From NCBI RefSeq assembly GCF_000007185.1, contig NC_003551.1, forward strand, positions 1,050,001 to 1,082,000: 32,000 nucleotides of DNA, in the 5' to 3' direction. Below, one piece after another: positions 25,156 through 32,000 of the stretch. This DNA is from Methanopyrus kandleri AV19. GTDB lineage: Archaea > JAADCQ01 > Methanopyri > Methanopyrales > Methanopyraceae. The notes under the pieces are model-generated. The model saw only the letters and a program-made list of their open reading frames with translations, ran no database searches and was not told the origin of the DNA. The position numbers and the translations under genes were made by a program. The first letter of the stretch is position 1. Each line of letters opens with the position of its first letter.

Positions 25156-26352
25156 TCAGTCCCCGGCCCCATCCTCGCCATCGCCCTCATAACGCTTCCG
25201 AAGATCTCCGACCAAGCGGGCCCGGGTCAGCGGGGCGGACTCCCGGTCGACCTTCCGGCGTACGTCCTCCCACTCGGGTTTCGCGTGATGCACGTCCTCG
25301 AACCGTGAGACCTTGACGCGGATCCCGTCGACGTCCACGATCCTCCGGTCGGCCGTGACGCGAGTGCACCGGTACACGCGGGCTCCCAAGGTACCCGTCC
25401 AGCGGAAGAGCTCCCGGAAGACTTCTCGTTCGATCCCTGGCCGATCCTCCGTCACAACTCGGATCACGAACCTCGGACGCCCCTTCTTCCCGAACCCGTG
25501 GAGGACCTCCACGTCATGCACGCCTTCGAGCTGCAGCACGGCCTCGATCAGCTCACCGACCGCCTCCCCGTCGACGTCGTCCACGGAGGTTTCGACGATC
25601 CGAACGTGCTCGCCGGACCCCCCGGGCTCGCAGATGAGCGCCCGGAGGACGTTCGGACGGTCCGGCAGGTCCTTGGTACCGGCCCCGAACCCCTGCCGTT
25701 TCACACGGTAGGGAGGTGGCGGGTCCGGGAGGAGCTCGTCGATAGTTCGGAGTAGGGCGGCGCCCGTGGGTGTGAGGAGCTCCCCCTCCCCCTCCCGGAC
25801 TATCCCCACGTCCCACTCGGACAATACCTCGACGACCGCCGGGGCCGGGACGGGAAGACGACCGTGCTCCGTCTCCACGGTCCCGGAACCCACGTTCGGG
25901 GGGAGGACCTCGGAGGCTTTGGGATTCAGGTCCTCGAGGAGCGCGGCCGTCCCGACGAGGTCCACGACGGTGTCGGATGAGCCGAGCTCGTGAAGATGGC
26001 AGAGGTCCCCGTGAACGCGTTCCTCGGCCCTCAGCAGGTACTTCAGGGCGAGTTCAGGAAGCTCGCGCCAGCGATCCTCGAGTACGTTCTCGGCGACCGT
26101 TTTCACGGCTTCTCGGAGCTCGTCCGGATCGCGGAGGTCTCCCTCGGCATCGACCTCCACCCGGACGGCGCGGATCCCGCGCTTCTGGATCTCGTGGACG
26201 TGCACGTCGACCTCGTGACCTAGGGAGGAGACCTCGTGCACGACCTCCTCGAGACGGTTCGGGTCCGCGCCGACGGCGATCAACGCTCCCAGGACCATGT
26301 CCCCGGAGGCACCGGCCACTTGCGGGTCGAGTGTGAGGATCACCGGAAACAC
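25156..26352 (-). CDS. larC: LarC-family nickel insertion protein (DUF111; nickel-pincer cofactor biosynthesis)
   Basis: 398 aa. The N-terminal VILTLDPQVAGASGDMVLGALIAVGADP is the characteristic LarC/DUF111 opening, and the length is right for the family. Confidence 0.85.
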   Translation of the reverse strand: MFPVILTLDPQVAGASGDMVLGALIAVGADPNRLEEVVHEVSSLGHEVDVHVHEIQKRGIRAVRVEVDAEGDLRDPDELREAVKTVAENVLEDRWRELPELALKYLLRAEERVHGDLCHLHELGSSDTVVDLVGTAALLEDLNPKASEVLPPNVGSGTVETEHGRLPVPAPAVVEVLSEWDVGIVREGEGELLTPTGAALLRTIDELLPDPPPPYRVKRQGFGAGTKDLPDRPNVLRALICEPGGSGEHVRIVETSVDDVDGEAVGELIEAVLQLEGVHDVEVLHGFGKKGRPRFVIRVVTEDRPGIEREVFRELFRWTGTLGARVYRCTRVTADRRIVDVDGIRVKVSRFEDVHHAKPEWEDVRRKVDRESAPLTRARLVGDLRKRYEGDGEDGAGD

Positions 26353-26416
26353 CCCGCGCGCCGCGGATCATAACGTTGTAAACCGCTCGGTGCCTATCAC
26401 GGTAGGGGTATCCGGC

Positions 26417-26743
26417 GTGAAGGAGGTGCGCCTCTTCGTGGATCCCGAAAACGTCGGGCGCGTCATGAACGCGATGGCGGACGTCGGCGTGACGGGTTTC
26501 TACGCGATCGAATATCGGGGTGTGGCTCCGGATCGTTGGGCCGGCTTCGAGATCCGTGAGGATCCCGAGAGCGCGATCAAAGCGCTCAACGACCTGTCGG
26601 AGCGGGCGGTGATGATCGTGACGGTGGTCCCGGAGGAGTGCGTCGAGAAGTTGAAGGACGCTGCCGCGGAGCGCCTGGCGGGTGAGCGGTACACGATAAT
26701 AGTGACCGACGTGGAGGAGATCCACGTGGATTACGGGCGTTAG
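26417..26743 (+). CDS. Small P-II(GlnB)-like fold protein (putative)
   Basis: Track ORF starts at 26297, but the in-frame GTG at 26417 gives a 108-aa product. MKEVRLFVDPENVGRVMNAMADVGVTGFYAIEYRG... parallels the P-II N-terminus (MK.iEaIirPeklee V..aL.eaGv.GmTvtevkG). It is divergent from larC with a 64-nt spacer. Confidence 0.45.
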   Translation: MKEVRLFVDPENVGRVMNAMADVGVTGFYAIEYRGVAPDRWAGFEIREDPESAIKALNDLSERAVMIVTVVPEECVEKLKDAAAERLAGERYTIIVTDVEEIHVDYGR

Positions 26744-27711
26744 TGGAACGCACGCTTCACGGCGTCGACGACACGCTTCGCCTTCCAAATGACTCCTCTC
26801 GCCTTGACCACGCAGGTCCCCACGACCTCATCTTCCTCGGCCGCACACCTCACCTCCACGAGGTCCTTGAAGGGTACGTTCCAGTGCTCTAGGGTTTCGG
26901 CGAGTGCACCGCGGACCGCGTGACAGATCGGTTCCTTGAACGGCATTCCCGCGCACTCCAGGCACTTCTCGACGATGAACCGGTCACCTTCGAGGGAGTA
27001 CGAAGATCCGCTTATCTCTTCGACGTGCCCGATGAGCTCGTCCGGATCTTCGGGATCGAACGCGTTGATGAACGCGCGGGCGTACAACCGACCCGCACGG
27101 AAAAACATGGGTCGGGCCACGTCGCTGAGGGCGCACCGCAGGAGGCCCTCAGAGGCGATCTTGAATGCCGCAACCTCGACGGCGTCGCGACCGTCGGCGC
27201 TCATGACGATCTCGATGTCCTCCGCCGTCATCTCGTCGACCTCAGTATCGAAACCGCCGACTTCACCCCGCTCACCCAGGATGAACTCGCATCGCCTATC
27301 CCCTGTCGCCTCGCACGCCACCTGTGCCACGGACACTACCTCACCCAACTCGTGTTCCGCCGCCCGCGAGATGAAGCCCCGTAGGAAGTTGCAGACAGCT
27401 CCCTCGGCGTTCACGTATCCGAGGCATTCCGGGCAGCTCTCGATGGCCACATAATTCCGGTCCAGGTCGTAATCCGCTCCGGTGAGCTCGCAGAAGGTGT
27501 GAAGGGCGTCCTCGAGTGTTTCGACACCGAAGAAGCCGGCGAGCATCCTACCCGCCCTGAACACGGAGGCGCAGCTTCGCTCGCCCCCGAGCGAGTAAAG
27601 AGCCATCATCACCATCTTGTTCGTCGCCAGGAGCTCCTCCGCGGTGAACACCGAGCCGGCCTCCTCCGCACGTTCCCGTAAACTCTCCGGACTGAATCCG
27701 TCGTCTATCAT
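26740..27711 (-). CDS. Tandem V4R (4-vinyl reductase-type) small-molecule-binding domain protein
   Basis: 323 aa with two repeats carrying V4R-style Cys patterns: ESCPECLG...AVCNFLRGF...VACEATGDRRCEF and EKCLECAG...PICHAVRGAL...VRCAAEED..GTCVV. Confidence 0.65.
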   Translation of the reverse strand: MIDDGFSPESLRERAEEAGSVFTAEELLATNKMVMMALYSLGGERSCASVFRAGRMLAGFFGVETLEDALHTFCELTGADYDLDRNYVAIESCPECLGYVNAEGAVCNFLRGFISRAAEHELGEVVSVAQVACEATGDRRCEFILGERGEVGGFDTEVDEMTAEDIEIVMSADGRDAVEVAAFKIASEGLLRCALSDVARPMFFRAGRLYARAFINAFDPEDPDELIGHVEEISGSSYSLEGDRFIVEKCLECAGMPFKEPICHAVRGALAETLEHWNVPFKDLVEVRCAAEEDEVVGTCVVKARGVIWKAKRVVDAVKRAFH

Positions 27712-27886
27712 GCGGCGGGCACCCCCGGTGCGCCGCGGCGCGATCCCTCTGAAACGGTGAAATTTCCACCGCGCCGGACCGACCGCGCGACAGCTGTAAA
27801 CTTCCCGGAAAAGACTTACCTCTTCCGGGATGGGGAGGACCTTTGGGGCGGAGGCACGCCGATGACGTGAGGCCGGCTTTGCCGAC

Positions 27887-29302
27887 CTACCTCCGACCGA
27901 TCACCACGGTCTTCTCCTCCGTGAACTCCCGGACCGCCTGCGGTACGCCCTCCCTGCCCACGCCGCTCGCCTTCACCCCGCCGAACGGCATGTAGTCGGC
28001 CCGGTAGATGGTGGACTCGTTGACGATTACACCACCCGCCTCGAGCTTCCTCGTGGCCTTCACGGCCCTGTCCAAACGTTCCGTAAACACGGCGGCGTGC
28101 AGCCCGTAGTCGGTCGAGTTCGCGATCCGGATCGCCTCCTCGAAGTCCTTCGCCCGAATGACCGGGAGGACGGGTCCGAACGTCTCCTCCCGGGCCACGA
28201 GTGCGTCCTCCGGCACGTCGGCCAGCACCGTCGGCGGGAAGAGCCTACCCTCCGGCTCGCCGCCTGTCAGGATCTCCGCGCCCCGCTCCACGGCGTCCTC
28301 GACGTGTCGTCGGACCTTCTCCACCGCACCGTCGTCGATGAGCGGTCCCACGTCCGTGTCCTCGTCGAGCGGGTCCCCCACCTTCAGCGACTCCGCCACC
28401 TCGACGGCGGCCTCCAGGAACTCCTCGTACACGTCCTCCACCACTATCGCCCGCTCGACCGCGATGCAAACCTGACCCGCGTGGTAGCAGGCCCCGCGAA
28501 CCGCCGCCTCGGCGGCCGCTTCCACGTCCGCGGTCTCGTCCACGATCACGGGGTCGTTACCGCCCAGCTCCAGCGTGATCCTGGGGATCGGGGAGATCTC
28601 ACGCAGGTGCTCCCCGACTGATCGGCTCCCCGTGAACGAGAGCGCGTCGAAGTCCGCCCGGGCGAGCTCCTCCCCGAGCTCGGCTCCCGGGCCGACCACG
28701 ACCTGCAGCGCCAGTGGTTCCACGCCCGCATCGAGCAGGATCTCGGCCAGTCTGAGCGAAGAGAGCGGTGTCACCGTCGCGGGTTTGTGCACCACGGAAC
28801 ACCGTGCGGCGAGGGCCGGTCCGAGCTTGTGCGTCGGCAGCAGGAGCGGGAAGTTGTACGGGGTGATCGACAGGACCACACCGACTGGCTCACGGACCGT
28901 GAGAATCAGCTCGGCCGTCCGACCGCGCTGCGCGTCACCCGGTAGCGTCTCACCGTACAACCGCTCCGCCTCGGCCGCACTCAGTCGTAGGACCTCCCGC
29001 GTCCGGTAGACCTCGTACCGCGCGTCTCGGATCGGCTTGCCACCCTCGAGCGCGATCAGCTCCGCCAGCTCGTCCTCGTGCTTCTTCAGAAGGTGTGCGG
29101 CCTCTGCCAACGCCTCGCGTACTTCGTACGTGGGCCGCTCTCTCCACCGCCGTTGGCCCTCTCGGGCGTCCTTCAGTAGCGCCTCGACGTCCACTTCCGG
29201 AGCGAGGACGCGGCCCACTTCCGAACCGTCGTACGGGTTCTCCACTACGATCTCTCGGTCGCCTTCGAGCCACTCTCCCCCGATCAGACACCCGTACTCC
29301 AA
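27887..29302 (-). CDS. NAD(P)-dependent aldehyde dehydrogenase (lactaldehyde-dehydrogenase-like)
   Basis: 471 aa with a TTG start. ALDH signatures FTGS, ELGGNDP and the catalytic-Cys motif AGQVCIAVER. Confidence 0.9.
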   Translation of the reverse strand: MEYGCLIGGEWLEGDREIVVENPYDGSEVGRVLAPEVDVEALLKDAREGQRRWRERPTYEVREALAEAAHLLKKHEDELAELIALEGGKPIRDARYEVYRTREVLRLSAAEAERLYGETLPGDAQRGRTAELILTVREPVGVVLSITPYNFPLLLPTHKLGPALAARCSVVHKPATVTPLSSLRLAEILLDAGVEPLALQVVVGPGAELGEELARADFDALSFTGSRSVGEHLREISPIPRITLELGGNDPVIVDETADVEAAAEAAVRGACYHAGQVCIAVERAIVVEDVYEEFLEAAVEVAESLKVGDPLDEDTDVGPLIDDGAVEKVRRHVEDAVERGAEILTGGEPEGRLFPPTVLADVPEDALVAREETFGPVLPVIRAKDFEEAIRIANSTDYGLHAAVFTERLDRAVKATRKLEAGGVIVNESTIYRADYMPFGGVKASGVGREGVPQAVREFTEEKTVVIGRR

Positions 29303-29335
29303 CGAAGGCCCCGCCGCTCAGGCCGGCTCTACACC

Positions 29336-30184
29336 TTAGAAGCGGATCGGTCTCGATCGACGGCCCGACTCCGCCGCTAGGTCGAGCAGCTTCGGGAGTG
29401 TCTCCCAACCTAGGTCCAGAAACGTCGCTGCCGCCCGTTGCAGTTCGACTCGCTCCCGTGCGTGGCGCGCGAACGCCACGGCGACGGGGAAATGGAGTCC
29501 GTCACGCGTCCGCTTCACCTGGAGTACCAGTCGGAATCGGGCTCGTGCGAGCCGATTGTAAACGCTTTCCACCCGGCCCAACACTTCGTATAGATCTCCC
29601 GTGGGACCGACCGCGACGAGGAAGTAGCCGTCCCGGAACGCCGCGAACCTCGGTGATCGGTCCGGCACGTCCCCGAACTTTGCCTCCACCCACCTCAGCG
29701 CCGCGTCCGTCCGCGAGAGCACGTCCACGGGACGACGCGGTTCCCGACCCTCCCACAGGAGCGAGCCTGCACAGAGGTCCGATTGTGCGCCGACACCTCC
29801 CAGCAGTGAGAGGAGCTCCAGCGCCCAACCCAGACACTCCGATGCGAACTCCACGGGATCGTCCGAGTAGCGGCTCAGGATCGACCAGGGTAATTCTCGA
29901 CTCTCGACTCTCACCTCCAACTCGAACACCGAGCCGGCCGGATACCTAGGGAGCTCGTCTCCGACCAGCCGGAACTCCACCGCCGGGAAGATCGTTTCAC
30001 CGTTTACCGTTCCACCGAACAGTGCGGTCTCTATCCGGCGTACCTCTCCTCGCTCCAAACACCGCCCCAGAAGCGCCCGGAGATGCCGACGCAGGTCTTC
30101 CCGGAGGTCGACCACGACCGACTCGCCAGTACGGGATGTGACGGGGCTGACGGCCCGTAGCCGGACGGTTTCCGTCCCTGACAA
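29336..30184 (-). CDS. Hypothetical protein (weak RAMP-like features only)
   Basis: 282 aa with a TTG start behind a GGGTGA SD. It ends 33 nt upstream of the ALDH gene. Contains VRLRAVSPVTSRTGE, ALFGG and a glycine-rich LLGGVGAQSDLCAGSL segment. No confident family. Confidence 0.6.
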   Translation of the reverse strand: MSGTETVRLRAVSPVTSRTGESVVVDLREDLRRHLRALLGRCLERGEVRRIETALFGGTVNGETIFPAVEFRLVGDELPRYPAGSVFELEVRVESRELPWSILSRYSDDPVEFASECLGWALELLSLLGGVGAQSDLCAGSLLWEGREPRRPVDVLSRTDAALRWVEAKFGDVPDRSPRFAAFRDGYFLVAVGPTGDLYEVLGRVESVYNRLARARFRLVLQVKRTRDGLHFPVAVAFARHARERVELQRAAATFLDLGWETLPKLLDLAAESGRRSRPIRF

Positions 30185-30369
30185 CCCCCGTCACCCGATG
30201 TGACGTTCCTGAAAGTAAAGGTCCCGGGACGTGGAACTGGTCTCGACCGGGTAGTATGCCGAACGCTCCTTAGCTCTTACCCTCCGCGGGCTCATGAGAG
30301 GGCGTGGGGGGTAACGCCTCCGCTAACCTCTGTGACTCACGGTGGTCCTCGTAGGACTCCCTCGCCTTC

Positions 30370-31089
30370 TCAGCCCGTGAACGTTTCCATGATGCCCTTT
30401 CGGTACCGAGTCACGAGCTCCAAGAGACCGACGTCGAACCTCCCGGCCAGCTTGCATTCCTCGGTCGGGAAGAAGATCCTGACCTTGCAGGTCACGTACC
30501 GCAGATTCCTGAACGTCCGTGCTTCGGGTTTCAGTCCAGCGCGCTCGATATCCTTGCTCGTGATGGCCAGCTCGTTCTCCTCGGCCACCTCGACCAGCTT
30601 CATCGGTGTCCTGGCTCCGGCGAGTAGATGGTCGGGGACGCTCCTGACGAGGTAGTACGCGAGCCCGTACGTGGCGATGGGCCCGACGAGAGTCGGCACG
30701 TACATGATCCCGCCGATCCTGATCGCGTATCTGGCCCGTCCCGCGCTCTTCCTGAAGTGCCCCTGTAGGAGCTGCCGCCTCGCCCGTTCACCCGGTGTGG
30801 TGAGCCAATCGTCCGGTAGTTGCTCGACGAACTCCCTGAACTCTCCCCTGGCTATCACCGGTTCCATTCCCCTGAACACACCGTGCTTGCACCATTTTTT
30901 CGCCCACGTCGTCGGTGGCTTGTTCTTCAAGTCCCTGAGCCGTACGACTTCTCCGAGCGCGTTCCTGAACGCTACTTCGGCTATGCCCCACTGGCGTCTG
31001 TCGCGGGCCTCGACTAGGATCCTGAACGCCCAGCCGGCCAGCTCCGGCCGTTCCCCCGCCACCTTCTCCGCGAGTTCGGCAAGCTCCAT
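30370..31089 (-). CDS. Hypothetical protein
   Basis: 239 aa with an ATG start behind a GAGGGAG SD. Basic/aromatic middle region (KPPTTWAKKWCKHGVFRG). No family recognised. Confidence 0.6.
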   Translation of the reverse strand: MELAELAEKVAGERPELAGWAFRILVEARDRRQWGIAEVAFRNALGEVVRLRDLKNKPPTTWAKKWCKHGVFRGMEPVIARGEFREFVEQLPDDWLTTPGERARRQLLQGHFRKSAGRARYAIRIGGIMYVPTLVGPIATYGLAYYLVRSVPDHLLAGARTPMKLVEVAEENELAITSKDIERAGLKPEARTFRNLRYVTCKVRIFFPTEECKLAGRFDVGLLELVTRYRKGIMETFTG

Positions 31090-31196
31090 CGTAGCTCCCT
31101 CGTGAACGATTGAGTGGATCCTCGGTGTACGGCCGCCCGGCGTCGATCGGAACCCTGATCACCCGAGTCGGCGAATACTGTTTCGGGGCGGGTGAG

Positions 31197-32000
31197 ATGC
31201 TGCTGTTCTCAACCGCGATCCCGGCGGAAGTTAAGAGAGGACTCGGGGAGGCCGGGCTGCGATTCGGTACCGTCTTCGAGGTTGTCGGAGGTCTGGTCTT
31301 GCCGTACATCGCCGAGTTTAGCGAGGAATATCACGTGGTCGAAGGCTTGGCCCGGATCGATAAGGAGAAGGTGCGCAGTCAGGGGGCCGTGACCCCCGCG
31401 CTGGGAATCCCCCGAAAGAAGGTCCGAAATTACCCGCTGGAGCTCGCCCAGGTCACACTCAAGGTCAGGGATGTTCTGACCTACAAGGCGGCGGCCGCAT
31501 ACTTCGCGTGGATCGCGAGGGAGTTCGACGTCTCCGTGGCGTCGGCAGTCAGGGCGATCCTCGAGGATAGTGAGTTTCTCGAGGCCCTTGTCGAGATCCT
31601 ATGTCCGGTGAACCCGAAGGCGGCTGAGGTGCTCGCCGGGTTCCGGGGGAGGATGTGGAGAGATGAGGCTAGGTGGTTGAAGTTCGAGGAGATGGCCCGG
31701 AAGGCGCTTGAGCTCGCGGAGGAGCTCGGAGATAACAGGCTCCGAACCGCGGCCGAACTGATTCTGCGGGGCAAATCGAGCGGTCCTACGGTACCCGGCG
31801 CTCGTGGCGATCACGACGGCGTCTACGTCTACGACATCGGCAAGGTCCGCAATTTCCTCGTCGAACGGATGCTCAAGTACGGCGAAAGCTCGAGGAAGCA
31901 GCCTGACGAGGAGATCATTGAGGCACTGGTGACGGAGTACGGAGTGGACTTCGAGGACGTACACTACGCGATCGCCGTTCTCAGCGAAGGTAGGATCCCC
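31197..32000 (+). CDS. Hypothetical protein, 3'-truncated by window edge
   Basis: Not in the ORF track (no stop in-window). Hand translation from ATG 31197 is open to 32000: MLLFSTAIPAEVKRGLGEAGLRFGTVFEVVGG...ARWLKFEEMARKALELAEELGDNRLRTAAELIL...GVYVYDIGKVRNFLVERMLKYGE...EDVHYAIAVLSEGRIP. Composition is genome-typical. The two track ORFs on the opposite strand (31481..31774, 31599..31964) are Ser/Arg/Pro-rich shadows. An alternative GTG start lies at 31125. Confidence 0.6.
   Translation, partial: MLLFSTAIPAEVKRGLGEAGLRFGTVFEVVGGLVLPYIAEFSEEYHVVEGLARIDKEKVRSQGAVTPALGIPRKKVRNYPLELAQVTLKVRDVLTYKAAAAYFAWIAREFDVSVASAVRAILEDSEFLEALVEILCPVNPKAAEVLAGFRGRMWRDEARWLKFEEMARKALELAEELGDNRLRTAAELILRGKSSGPTVPGARGDHDGVYVYDIGKVRNFLVERMLKYGESSRKQPDEEIIEALVTEYGVDFEDVHYAIAVLSEGRIP

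Overview
Compact, mostly high-GC archaeal chromosomal segment with about 30 protein-coding genes, most on the minus strand. It also holds one intron-containing tRNA-Cys and a decayed amt-glnK locus. There is no rRNA, no CRISPR array and no recognisable transposase or integrase. The organism looks like a hyperthermophilic methanogen of the Methanopyrus kandleri type: hyper-acidic Glu/Arg/Val/Leu-rich proteins, frequent GTG/TTG starts behind GGTGA/GGAGG-type Shine-Dalgarno motifs, Alba, archaeosine synthase, and a tRNA gene with C at position 8. That is my inference from memory; no search was run. Confidently recognisable genes: a GT4 glycosyltransferase, ArcS, PurB, a ferredoxin-fused radical SAM enzyme, Alba, a 4xCBS protein, two hydantoinase-A-family proteins, a GH114/TM1410-like TIM barrel, a TtuA/Ncs6-type PP-loop tRNA thiolase, LarC, a tandem V4R protein and an aldehyde dehydrogenase. 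Second-look items: (1) the GT4 enzyme has a PelF-type N-domain and is translationally coupled to an AT-rich polytopic membrane gene missing from the ORF track (open to the window edge), giving a possible archaeal Pel-like exopolysaccharide core, with a GH114-like gene 17 kb away; (2) two divergent tandem paralogs (373/378 aa, four conserved Cys) bracket a small membrane protein and a small helical protein, all of unknown function; (3) two unusually long (~0.5 kb) GC-rich gaps without credible ORFs flank that cluster, one with nested helices; (4) a frameshifted P-II gene is fused to an N-terminal ammonium-transporter fragment; (5) an AT-rich, strongly promoted winged-helix regulator island; (6) an orphan gene cluster at the right end sits upstream of the aldehyde dehydrogenase. 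All functional calls come from motif recognition by eye and need HMM or structure confirmation.
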